Assembly (NCBI GenBank): GCA_035705395.1
Contig: DASSWC010000243.1
Coordinates: 1 to 44,289 of the forward strand
Reading direction: 5' to 3'
DNA from: Pricia sp.
GTDB lineage: Bacteria; Bacteroidota; Bacteroidia; Flavobacteriales; Flavobacteriaceae
DNA length: 44,289 nt
The notes beneath the pieces are model-generated. The model did no database searches. It was not told where the DNA came from and was given only the letters and a program-made list of their open reading frames with translations. Of this stretch, positions 1 through 8,945 are shown in pieces. The number at the start of each line of letters is the position of its first letter. Within the stretch, counting starts at the first letter, position 1. The position numbers were made by a program, and so were the translations under genes.

Positions 1-1293
1 GGCTCGGAGACCTTGCTTTCGCAGATCATTGAAATGGTGAATGCTGCCAGCCGGTCCAAAGCCCCCATCCAGAAAATGGCAGATAAAATTTCCGGTTATT
101 TTGTACCTATTGTCGTGGGTATTTCCATTATTACATTTATAGTTTGGGCTATTTACGGCCCGGAACCTACCTATGTATATGCCCTTGTAAATGCCATTGC
201 AGTGCTCATAATTGCATGCCCCTGTGCTTTGGGGCTTGCTACGCCAATGTCCGTGATGGTTGGGGTAGGAAAGGGAGCCCAGTCCGGAGTACTTATCAAA
301 AATGCTGAATCACTGGAAAGAATGAATAAAATTGATGTGGTTATCGTTGATAAAACCGGAACAGTTACCGAAGGCAAGCCTTCGGTTGAAAAGATCATTA
401 GTGCAGGCACTAAATTTTCAGAGGCAGATATCCTTCAAAAAATAATTTCCTTGAACAGCAGCAGTGAACATCCCCTGGCAAAGGCAACCTTGCACTATGG
501 CGAAGAAAAGAAGCTGGATCCAAAACCAATTTCAAATTTTGAGGCTGTTACGGGAAAAGGTGTTACTGGGGTAATGGAAAATAAAACATTGGCTTTGGGC
601 AATGTAAAGCTTATGGAACAAATAAAGGCAAAGGTTTCCCCGGAATTGCAGAAGCAGGTAAAGGCAGAGCAAAAACAAGGAAAGACGGTGTCATATCTTG
701 CGGAAGGCAATACTGCGATCGGCTTTGTGGTCATTTCAGATAAGATCAAAGAATCGAGCAAAGAAGCTATCCGGAAATTACAGGAAGAAGGTTTACAAGT
801 AATAATGTTTACGGGTGACAATGAAGATACTGCCAAAGCCGTAAGCGAAACATTGGGACTGGACGGATTTAAAGCCAACATGCTGCCGGAAGATAAACTG
901 AAGGAAGTAAAAAAACTGCAAGCCTCAGGGAAAAAAGTAGCGATGGCAGGCGATGGCATTAATGATGCCCCAGCTTTGTCTCAGGCCGATATTGGCATTG
1001 CCATGGGGACGGGAACGGATGTGGTCATTGAAAGCGCTGCCATTACCCTGGTAAAAGGCGACCTGAACGGCATTGCCAAAGCCCGTTTATTGAGCCATAA
1101 AGTAATGCGGAACATTAATCAAAATTTGATTTTTGCCCTAGGTTACAATGTTTTGGGAATTCCAATTGCAGCAGGGGTTTTATATCCGTTTTTCGGACTG
1201 TTGCTCTCCCCAATGATCGCTGCACTGGCCATGAGCTTCAGCTCTGTTTCAGTGATTACCAACAGCCTTCGGCTTAAAGCTGTACAATTATAG
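1..1293 (+). CDS. copA: Copper-translocating P1B-type ATPase, 5'-truncated by the window edge
   Basis: CPC in TM6, DKTGT phosphorylation site, SEHPL, TGDN, GDGINDAP, plus YN and MxxSS residues typical of Cu(+) P1B-1 ATPases. Confidence 0.93.
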   Translation, partial: GSETLLSQIIEMVNAASRSKAPIQKMADKISGYFVPIVVGISIITFIVWAIYGPEPTYVYALVNAIAVLIIACPCALGLATPMSVMVGVGKGAQSGVLIKNAESLERMNKIDVVIVDKTGTVTEGKPSVEKIISAGTKFSEADILQKIISLNSSSEHPLAKATLHYGEEKKLDPKPISNFEAVTGKGVTGVMENKTLALGNVKLMEQIKAKVSPELQKQVKAEQKQGKTVSYLAEGNTAIGFVVISDKIKESSKEAIRKLQEEGLQVIMFTGDNEDTAKAVSETLGLDGFKANMLPEDKLKEVKKLQASGKKVAMAGDGINDAPALSQADIGIAMGTGTDVVIESAAITLVKGDLNGIAKARLLSHKVMRNINQNLIFALGYNVLGIPIAAGVLYPFFGLLLSPMIAALAMSFSSVSVITNSLRLKAVQL

Positions 1294-1314
1294 CCATACA
1301 TTAAAATTAAGGTT

Positions 1315-1479
1315 ATGAATAGAAAAACCATCAGGTTCTCGATATATGGAGCGATAATTACAATACTGTCAGCGATTTTTGTTTCAGTGGTTTTCGGAGG
1401 GTTTATAGATGTAGGTGTAACCGCAGGACATCCAAAACCAATTGAATGGGCATTCCTAGAGAGGATGGAGGGTCAATAA
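1315..1479 (+). pseudogene. 54-aa ORF (MNRKTIRFSIYGAIITILSAIFVSVVFGGFIDVGVTAGHPKPIEWAFLERMEGQ), probable truncated N-terminus of a copper-island membrane-anchored cytochrome c
   Basis: Read by hand (below the ORF-track cutoff). One TM helix followed by G-x-x-D-V-x-x-T-x-x-H-x-x-x-x-E-W, resembling the N-terminus of cytochromes c found beside copper genes; no CxxCH before the stop. Confidence 0.45.
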
Positions 1480-1499
1480 ATCGAGAAAAATATATAAAA

Positions 1500-2834
1500 A
1501 TGAAAAAATCAATCATCATATTAACTGTGCTGTTTATATCAACAGCAACTTTCGCCCAACATGAAAGCCATCAAATGCAACAAGATACCACAGATCATGA
1601 AGGCATAGGGCATACTATGGACGGCATGATGTCACATTCGTTTTCACGCAACCTGCCTATGAACCGGAATGGTTCGGGAACGGGCTGGTTGCCTGATAAT
1701 TCCCCCATGTATGGCTATATGCTCCATACCGATAAATGGATGTACATGTTCCATGGAAATATTTTTCTCAGGTATAATAACCAGGACATTGGCAAAAAAG
1801 GCTCAAGAGGGGATAGCAAATTTGATGCGCCCAACTGGTTTATGGGTATGGGTCAGAGAAAAATAGGCAATAGAGGCCTTTTGCGCTTTAGTGCCATGCT
1901 CTCATTAGACCCGTTGACAGTAGGTGGCGAAGGGTATCCGCTACTTTTCCAATCGGGTGAAACCTGGCAAGGGGAACCCCTGGTGGACAGGCAACACCCG
2001 CACGATCTGTTTTCTGAACTATCTGTAGGTTATACCCATATGTTTTCTGAGAATGCAGATGCTTTTGTTTATTTGGGCTATCCGGGCGAACCTGCATTCG
2101 GGCCTGTGGCTTTTATGCACCGCCTTTCCAGCCTTTATAATCCGGATGCGCCCATAGGCCATCACTGGCAGGATGCGACGCACATTACCTTTGGTGTGGC
2201 CACCGCAGGTTTCAGGTACAGGAATTTTAAAATTGAAGCATCTTCATTTACCGGCAGGGAACCCAATGAAGAAAGGTATGGCTTTGACAAGCCCCGGTTT
2301 GACTCCTGGTCGGCTCGTTTGTCGTACAACCCTTCTCCAGCCTGGGCACTGCAGGTGTCTCAGGCACGGGTGAACGATGTCCATGAGTTTGGACCAAGGG
2401 AAGATGTGAACAAAACTACCGCCTCGGCCATTCATTCCCTGCGTTTAAACCCGAAATTCTTTTTAAACTCCGCAGCCGTTTGGGGTTATAATGATGCCGT
2501 TGGCGGACACCACCGGCCAAGTCATTCATTTTTGTTGGAAAGTGCATTGACGCTGAACACAACTACCGTTTACGGAAAATATGAATGGGTGGAAAAATCT
2601 GCAGAAGACCTCCTGCTTGATGAAGCGGTTTATGGGCATGGAAAACTTTTTCCTATTAATTCCATTACGTTGGGCATTCAGCAAAGGCTGATTAATTTAT
2701 TAAAAACAAATGCAGCTATAGGTGTTCAGGGTAGTTTGTACCATACAAGCAATCAATTAAACGGACTTTATGGAAAAAATCCAATGGCGTTGGAAGTATA
2801 TTTGAGAATTTATCCTGGTTTGATGGGAATGTAA
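1500..2834 (+). CDS. Uncharacterised exported protein, probable outer-membrane beta-barrel with His/Met-rich N-terminus (copper-associated)
   Basis: Signal peptide MKKSIIILTVLFISTATFA, then HESHQMQQ..HEGIGHTMDGMMSH, motifs DRQHPHD and HHWQDATH, alternating beta-strand pattern; downstream of copA. Confidence 0.75.
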   Translation: MKKSIIILTVLFISTATFAQHESHQMQQDTTDHEGIGHTMDGMMSHSFSRNLPMNRNGSGTGWLPDNSPMYGYMLHTDKWMYMFHGNIFLRYNNQDIGKKGSRGDSKFDAPNWFMGMGQRKIGNRGLLRFSAMLSLDPLTVGGEGYPLLFQSGETWQGEPLVDRQHPHDLFSELSVGYTHMFSENADAFVYLGYPGEPAFGPVAFMHRLSSLYNPDAPIGHHWQDATHITFGVATAGFRYRNFKIEASSFTGREPNEERYGFDKPRFDSWSARLSYNPSPAWALQVSQARVNDVHEFGPREDVNKTTASAIHSLRLNPKFFLNSAAVWGYNDAVGGHHRPSHSFLLESALTLNTTTVYGKYEWVEKSAEDLLLDEAVYGHGKLFPINSITLGIQQRLINLLKTNAAIGVQGSLYHTSNQLNGLYGKNPMALEVYLRIYPGLMGM

Positions 2835-2843
2835 AATGCAGAC

Positions 2844-2935
2844 TTGAGCTAAGATTGAGCCATTGCTCACTGCCACACACATTGGCAAGTCGCTCAAATC
2901 AGCCGCTCAAGCCAAACATTGCCAAAGAGTACGGC
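2844..2935. repeat. Structured non-coding element with nested inverted repeats
   Basis: TTGGCAA (2882-2888) pairs with TTGCCAA (2919-2925); TTGAGC twice (2844, 2855) against GCTCAA twice (2892, 2905). Confidence 0.4.
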
Positions 2936-2962
2936 TGCCCCAACGAACGGACGAAGAAAAAG

Positions 2963-2996
2963 GTAGAGTAGACAAAGGGGATTTGCACCCCTAAGC
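2963..2996 (-). mobile_element. Remnant 3' end (domain VI) of a group II intron
   Basis: Minus strand reads GGCTTAGGGGTGCAAATCCCCTTTGTCTACTCTAC: a GGGG-loop-CCCC stem ending CTACTCTAC, like the 3' termini of bacterial group II introns; domain V is absent, replaced by IS sequence. Confidence 0.6.
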
Positions 2997-3423
2997 CGGG
3001 ACATTCAAAAGTTATATAACCTATTGATTATCAGTCAAATAATCCGTATCTTAGAGTAAACAAAACTCCGAAAATGAGTCGATAGCTCGAAAAATGGGGT
3101 TTTTATCAAAAACTCTATGTCCAAGATACGAAGAATACAGAATTTCCAACACAGTTTTTCTTTTTCGTCCCAACAGGAACAGTTCGGGCCCTTTTTCGAC
3201 AGGTTCCTTGAATCCGACCTGGGCAAGGTCGCCCTGATGTTCCCCGAGCACTATGCCGAGCCATATGCGCTACCCCACAAACTTGAAGTTGCTCTGGGAA
3301 TGTACCGACTGGCTGCACCGGTTGCTCAAAAGGGTATGCAGGGAAAAGAAGGCCGCCATGCCGCGCAGCAGGTACCTGAAATGGAAAAGGAAATATATTT
3401 CCTACAGCTAGATGAGAAGGAAA
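2997..3423 (+). mobile_element. Internally deleted, frameshifted IS5-like (Bacteroidota DDE) transposase remnant
   Basis: From 3117 MSKIRRIQ..FLESDLGK|VALMFPEHYA; a second frame from 3259 gives SHMRYPTNLKLLWECTDWLHR..PRSRYLKWKRKYISYS*MRRK, matching the remembered motif YESHMRxPTxxKLLWE; premature TAG at 3409. Confidence 0.7.
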
Positions 3424-3430
3424 CATTCGC

Positions 3431-3510
3431 TCGGGATTTCCCGGCGGGAAATCCTGCGGAATTCACGCCGCAACCGATCATAGCTCGGGCGTTATGGGCA
3501 ATTTAAAAAC
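3431..3510 (+). repeat. Right half of a Flavobacteria attC-like intergenic hairpin element
   Basis: Perfect hairpin GGATTTCCC-GGC-GGGAAATCC followed by ..CATAGCTCGGGCGTTATGGGCAATTTAAAA; the complementary left arm (TGCCCATAAC) is not seen. Confidence 0.45.
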
Positions 3511-3519
3511 GACACCAAA

Positions 3520-3894
3520 CTAAGAACAATCTTTACACACACCAACAAGCACACAATTCAAACTTTCAACTTTGTAACTTTCAGGAACTGAAAACTCAAC
3601 AAGCGAAGGAAGACACTCAATTGTTTCGCATTTGGTACAACGAAAATGAAAATGGTTTCTCGGAACAGTACCCTCATCACATTCTGTACAAACAGCAAAA
3701 TACTGCTTCCCATCATCTGCTACTATCTTATGGACTATTTCATCCTCACAGAAACGGTTTAATATTCTGTAAATAGTGGCTCTATCAGCATCAACTTCCA
3801 TTTGTTTTAGAATAGCATCCTGACTCATTGCCCGTCTTTTTCTTGTCAATACAGACAAAACAGCCTCTTGTGTTGCAGTATTTCTTCGTTTCAT
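3520..3894 (-). CDS. Fur-family transcriptional regulator
   Basis: DRATIYRIL helix-turn-helix, HFHFRCTKC and C-terminal CKDC zinc site. Confidence 0.9.
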   Translation of the reverse strand: MKRRNTATQEAVLSVLTRKRRAMSQDAILKQMEVDADRATIYRILNRFCEDEIVHKIVADDGKQYFAVCTECDEGTVPRNHFHFRCTKCETIECLPSLVEFSVPESYKVESLNCVLVGVCKDCS

Positions 3895-3901
3895 ACTGCC
3901 G

Positions 3902-3988
3902 CAAATTTAGTCAAAAAATACTATTGCGACAAACTTGCGATAATTTATTGCGACTTTGTTGCATTAATAGAATCTTTGCTTACATTTG
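3902..3988. promoter_or_regulatory. Divergent Bacteroidota promoters with two tandem operator-like pseudo-palindromes
   Basis: TAAATTTG on minus (3902-3909), TACATTTG on plus (3981-3988); ATTGCGACAAACTTGCGAT (3923-3941) and ATTGCGACTTTGTTGCATT (3947-3965). Confidence 0.6.
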
Positions 3989-4094
3989 CAGAAAGATTAA
4001 GCAGATAAGAAGAGAAGTTATAAAATTAAGTGGCTTGGCGTTAGCGTCCTTGGCTTTACCTTTTCCATTTACAGCATTTACAAAATACAATCGT

Positions 4095-5003
4095 ATGACA
4101 GACACAAAAGATTTTGATGTAATAATCATAGGCGGAAGCTATGCAGGGCTATCTGCTGCAATGGCATTAGGACGTTCATTGCGCAGCATCTTAATAATTG
4201 ACAGCGGACTTCCTTGTAATAGACAAACACCTCATTCACATAATTTCATAACACAGGACGGCAAACCGCCGAAAGAAATTTCAACGCTTGCCAAACAACA
4301 AGTCCAAAAATATGAAACCGTCAAATTTCACAAAGGACTTGCAACTATTGGAACAAAAACGGCAAATGGTCTTGAAATAACAACAGCTACAAACGATAAA
4401 TTCACAGCAAAGAAATTGATTTTTGCAACAGGGATAAAAGATAGTATGCCCGACATAAAAGGGTTTGCAGAATGTTGGGGTATTTCTATTATCCATTGCC
4501 CTTACTGTCACGGTTATGAATTGCGTAAGCAAAACACGGGAATTATAGCAAATGGGGCAAAAGCATTTCACCTTGCTTCCTTGGTCAATAATCTAACAGA
4601 TAATATTACGATTTTGACCACAGGAAAAGCTGATTTTAATACAGAACAACTTGATAAGCTGAACAAACACAATATCAAAATTATAGAAACAAAAATTTCC
4701 GAATTTGAACACAAAAATGGACATATTCAAAATGTGGTTTTTAATGATGGGGCCAAAATGTCCTTTGATGCTGTGTATGCAGCTGTTCCTTTTTTGCAAC
4801 ATTCAGATATTCCGACTTCTCTTGGTTGCGAACTTACTGAACACGGCTACATCAAAGTTGATGATTTTCAAAAAACCATTATACCGAATGTTTATGCCTG
4901 TGGCGATAATTCCAATATGATGCGTTCCGTTGCTAATGCAGTTTATAGTGGTAATTTAACAGGAGCAGTGGTAAACGGGGAACTAACAAATGAACAATTT
5001 TAG
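4095..5003 (+). CDS. NAD(P)/FAD-dependent oxidoreductase, thioredoxin-reductase-like
   Basis: DVIIIGGSYAGLSAA FAD motif, ATG motif, HCPYCHG active-site CxxC, VYACGD; first ATG at 4095. Confidence 0.9.
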   Translation: MTDTKDFDVIIIGGSYAGLSAAMALGRSLRSILIIDSGLPCNRQTPHSHNFITQDGKPPKEISTLAKQQVQKYETVKFHKGLATIGTKTANGLEITTATNDKFTAKKLIFATGIKDSMPDIKGFAECWGISIIHCPYCHGYELRKQNTGIIANGAKAFHLASLVNNLTDNITILTTGKADFNTEQLDKLNKHNIKIIETKISEFEHKNGHIQNVVFNDGAKMSFDAVYAAVPFLQHSDIPTSLGCELTEHGYIKVDDFQKTIIPNVYACGDNSNMMRSVANAVYSGNLTGAVVNGELTNEQF

Positions 5004-7195
5004 CCCTTGACTGCCAACTTGCCATGCTTGAGGTTGTTGATTTTCAAATCTTGCAGTACGTTTACGGCTTCTTCGATGTAGACATCCTTGACCAGGTTCT
5101 TGTGCCAGCGGTCGCGCTTTTCACGCAATACGGAGTCTTGGGCGAACTGGGCCTTTTCGTACTTTAATGATTCGAAGGTCAAATGGGAGTCGTAATCGGT
5201 TATGGCCTTGAAATACTTTGATTTTTCCTTGTCCTGCTTCTCGTCTTTCCTATATTCATCATAGTTCAACGAGATGACGGTTTCTTCCTGTTCCGACTTT
5301 ATCCACTTTGCGTTCTCTTCGATCAAATTGATCTGGGGACTGTTCGCCATCCGTTTTTTACTGTTGGCGATTGTCTGCCCATAATCGATATACCCGCCCC
5401 AAGGCTCGTAATCCGCCGGTGAGATCTTGTCCCATACCAAGGGATTGGACTGATCGCGCTCGCCCAGGTCGATATAGCTGTACTTGTCCGGCACCACGAC
5501 ATCGCTCTTGACACCCTCCAACTGGGTGGAACCCCCGTTAATGCGGTAGAATTTTTGGGTGGTCAGTTTTATGGCCCCCAGCTCGCCATGTTCGTTACTG
5601 CGGACGATATTTTCCAAGGGGATGACGTTCTGTACGGTTCCCTTTCCGAAAGTCTGTTTGCTGCCGATGATCACGGCCCTTTTGTAATCCTGCATGGCGG
5701 CGGCCAATATCTCGGAGGCGGAGGCGGACAGTTCGTTAACGAGTATCACCAAGGGACCTTTCCACTGGATACGCTCGTCCTTATCATCATACACATCTTT
5801 TCCCTTGCCCGAAGAACGGACTTGTACAATGGGACCCTCCTTGATGAACAACCCGGCCATTTCGACCACGGTCTTGAGCGATCCGCCGCCGTTATCGCGC
5901 AGGTCGAGAATAATTCCCTCGGCCCCGGCTTCCTTTAAACGCTCTACTTCCTTGGCCACATCGGTAGCCGCGTTCCTTTCGGTATAATCGTCGAAATCAA
6001 CATAGAACTTGGGCAGGTCTATCAGCCCGAATTTATGCTCCCCCTTGATAATGTTGGCCGATTTGGCAAAAGATTCTTCCAACTCGACTACATCCCGGGT
6101 CAGCTTCACCGTTTCCAGTGAGCCGTCGATCTTGCGTACGGTCAACTTTACGACCGTGCCTTTCGGGCCTTTGATCAACTTGATGGCATCGTCCAGCCGC
6201 ATACCAACGATGTTGATCGGCTCCTCGCCTTCCTGGCCGACTTTCAATATTTCGTCCCCGACCTCCAATTGGCCATTCCGCCACACGGGGCCGCCGGAAA
6301 TGATGTCAACGATTTTGGCGCCTTCGGGCTTTTTCTGTAAACGGGCACCGATACCCTCGAATTTTCCCGACATGCTCATGTCGAACTTTTCCTTATCGTC
6401 GGGCGGAAAATAATACGTATGCGGATCAAATTCGTCTACAATCGTGTTGATGTACTGTACGAACCAGTCCATGCGCTCGAGGTCGCCGATGAAATCAAAA
6501 AACTCATCCAAGGTCTTCCGGGTAGATTCACGGGCAGCAACTTCGGCTTCCTTCGGGGTCATGGGCTCTTCATTTTCGGCGGTACTAAACTCTTTTTTGC
6601 CTTCATCCACGATATCTACAGTCTCACCATCAATCTCAACTGGTTCGGATTCGGAAATTTTATCGACGTTCCTCAGTTTGGAGTCGTACGTACCCAAAGT
6701 GGCGTATTTCAATTGCTGTCTCCAACGTTCCCGTAATTCCTTTTTAGAGGATGCAAAAGGCAATTCCTCGTAATCGATATTGATACTTTCCTTTTTGTCG
6801 AAATCAAAAGGGGTATCCAATACATCCTTATAGATGCCCTTGGCCTCTTCCATCCTTTTCATCAACCTTTCATAGACCAGGTTGAAAAAAGAGAGGTCGG
6901 TACTTTGTATCTGGTCGTCCAACTGGAACTTATATTGCTCGAACTCCTTGATATCCTCCTGCAAAAAATACCGCTTTGTGGGGTCGAGAACGTCGATAAA
7001 ATCCTCGAACACGCTCACGGAAAAATCGTCATTGATATCTTTGGGCGCATAATGCCCCTTTTCCAAAACATAGGTAATGAGGTCCAACAATAATTTATCC
7101 TTGTCGTCATTTTCAAAAGACTTGTTGGTAAAGCTGCAGGAGGCGACGGAAATAAGCATTACCAAAAGTGCATAAGCGAGATTTCTTTTCATCAA
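5000..7195 (-). CDS. prc: Carboxy-terminal processing peptidase (S41A)
   Basis: DPHT, GIGA, PDZ region, DLRDNGGG, SASASEI, TFGKGTVQ, STQLEGV. Confidence 0.95.
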   Translation of the reverse strand: MMKRNLAYALLVMLISVASCSFTNKSFENDDKDKLLLDLITYVLEKGHYAPKDINDDFSVSVFEDFIDVLDPTKRYFLQEDIKEFEQYKFQLDDQIQSTDLSFFNLVYERLMKRMEEAKGIYKDVLDTPFDFDKKESINIDYEELPFASSKKELRERWRQQLKYATLGTYDSKLRNVDKISESEPVEIDGETVDIVDEGKKEFSTAENEEPMTPKEAEVAARESTRKTLDEFFDFIGDLERMDWFVQYINTIVDEFDPHTYYFPPDDKEKFDMSMSGKFEGIGARLQKKPEGAKIVDIISGGPVWRNGQLEVGDEILKVGQEGEEPINIVGMRLDDAIKLIKGPKGTVVKLTVRKIDGSLETVKLTRDVVELEESFAKSANIIKGEHKFGLIDLPKFYVDFDDYTERNAATDVAKEVERLKEAGAEGIILDLRDNGGGSLKTVVEMAGLFIKEGPIVQVRSSGKGKDVYDDKDERIQWKGPLVILVNELSASASEILAAAMQDYKRAVIIGSKQTFGKGTVQNVIPLENIVRSNEHGELGAIKLTTQKFYRINGGSTQLEGVKSDVVVPDKYSYIDLGERDQSNPLVWDKISPADYEPWGGYIDYGQTIANSKKRMANSPQINLIEENAKWIKSEQEETVISLNYDEYRKDEKQDKEKSKYFKAITDYDSHLTFESLKYEKAQFAQDSVLREKRDRWHKNLVKDVYIEEAVNVLQDLKINNLKHGKLAVKG

Positions 7196-7408
7196 TTTTC
7201 GTTTTATTTTGAATGTTGGTCCGTGAATTTTAATCTAAAACATCCGGATAACATGCAATCAATTATCTAAGGTACTGAAAAAACCATGCCAGTACGGGAG
7301 GAGCACATTAATTTTTTGTTAAACGGATTCCGGAACGCTATGATCAATATATTTTGTAAAACGTACTTTTGTGGCATAAATTATAAGTAGGATGTCGAAC
7401 TGTAAAAA

Positions 7409-7693
7409 ATGAACGTTAAAAAGGAACTTATCATCGGCTTTGCGGTGGGCCTGATCGCCAACAGCATCGGTACCCTTTTATACATGCTGCTGTTTTCGGA
7501 TTTTGGGATCGTGGAAACTTTCGAGGCGGCGGTAGAACACGGGCATATGGGCAGCCTATTGGCCTTGGGCGCCATTTTGAACCTCATCGCCTTTTTCGGA
7601 TTTCTGAGGATCCGTCGTGACCATCGGGCAAAAGGCGTGTTGATCGCAACACTTCTGACGGCCTTGTTGATACTGTACTACAAAATGTTTTAA
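7409..7693 (+). CDS. Small hypothetical membrane protein
   Basis: Three hydrophobic segments, abuts lpxB, TACTTTTG promoter at 7364-7371. Confidence 0.8.
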   Translation: MNVKKELIIGFAVGLIANSIGTLLYMLLFSDFGIVETFEAAVEHGHMGSLLALGAILNLIAFFGFLRIRRDHRAKGVLIATLLTALLILYYKMF

Positions 7694-7694
7694 C

Positions 7695-8807
7695 GTGAGA
7701 TACTACCTGATAGCGGGCGAAGCCTCCGGCGACCTGCACGGTTCCAACCTTATCAAGGCCCTGAAGGCCAAGGATGCCGATGCCGACATACGTTGCTGGG
7801 GAGGTGACCTGATGCAAAAAGCGGGCGGTACCCTGGCGAAACATTATAAGTCGATGGCCTTCATGGGATTTTTCGAGGTGCTGCTCAACCTGCGTACCAT
7901 TTCTAAAAATATAAACTTCTGTAAGCGGGATATACAGGATTTTCAGCCCGATGTAATCGTTTTTATAGATTTTTCAGGCTTTAATCTCCGCATCGCCAAA
8001 TGGGCAAAAGAAAGGAATTTTACCACTAATTATTACATTTCGCCCCAAATATGGGCCTCGCGAGAGGGACGGATTAAGGATATCAAAAGGGATATCGATG
8101 CCCTCTATGTCATACTGCCTTTCGAAAAAGAATTTTATGAGGATAAACACGGATTTCCCGTCCATTTCGTGGGCCATCCGCTCATCGATGCGATCGGTGA
8201 CCGGAAACCAGTGGATGCCAAAAAATTTCGCCGTGAACACGATCTACATCCCGAAAAACCCATCATAACCCTCTTGCCGGGAAGCCGTAAACAGGAGGTG
8301 CAAAAAATGCTCAAGGTTATGCTCTCCATTACCGGTGATTTTATGCAGTATCAATTTGTGATCGCCGGTGCCCCGAGCCTGGATCTGGATTTTTACGAGC
8401 CCTTTCTCACCGATTCCAACGTCAGCTTTGTGCATAACAAGACCTATGATCTTTTGGGGGTATCACATGCCGCATTGGTGACCAGTGGTACCGCAACCCT
8501 GGAGACCGCAATCCTGAGAGTGCCGCAAGTGGTCTGCTACCGGGCCAACTGGTTTTCGTACCAGATCGCCAAACACATCATCACCCTCGATTACATTTCC
8601 TTGGTCAATCTCATCATGGGCGAGGAAGTGGTCAAAGAGCTTATCCAAAATGATTTCAAGGCCGAAAACCTTAGCCCGGAACTCGATCGAATTCTAGACG
8701 GGCCGGCCCGAAAGGCACAGATAGCGGCCTACGGCAAATTGGTTGAAAAGCTGGGCGGAAAAGGGGCGAGTGAAAAGACGGCGGAGTTGATTGTCAACAG
8801 CCTGTAG
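7695..8807 (+). CDS. lpxB: Lipid-A-disaccharide synthase
   Basis: IAGEASGDLHG, YYISPQIWA, FVGHPL, LLPGSR, SGTATLE; GTG start. Confidence 0.97.
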   Translation: MRYYLIAGEASGDLHGSNLIKALKAKDADADIRCWGGDLMQKAGGTLAKHYKSMAFMGFFEVLLNLRTISKNINFCKRDIQDFQPDVIVFIDFSGFNLRIAKWAKERNFTTNYYISPQIWASREGRIKDIKRDIDALYVILPFEKEFYEDKHGFPVHFVGHPLIDAIGDRKPVDAKKFRREHDLHPEKPIITLLPGSRKQEVQKMLKVMLSITGDFMQYQFVIAGAPSLDLDFYEPFLTDSNVSFVHNKTYDLLGVSHAALVTSGTATLETAILRVPQVVCYRANWFSYQIAKHIITLDYISLVNLIMGEEVVKELIQNDFKAENLSPELDRILDGPARKAQIAAYGKLVEKLGGKGASEKTAELIVNSL

Positions 8808-8945
8808 ACTTTAAAGAACTTATTTACCAGCTTTTAACCCGGAATCACACCGTTGAAAAAAGAATGGATGCCGAAAAGGGACCAAAGAGATCCAAATCGA
8901 AATATTTCCCTAATTTTGATTTCCGAGAGTCTTAACTATTGCTGG

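Noticed and set aside
2995-3445. Complete MITE bounded by GCCGGGACATTC / GGATTTCCCGGC terminal inverted repeats
   Set aside because: Only 11 of 15 positions match, the right copy is explained by its own local hairpin, and no target-site duplication is seen
3828-3995. ORF-track N-terminal extension of the oxidoreductase from 3828
   Set aside because: It overlaps the divergent Fur gene and lies upstream of the promoter
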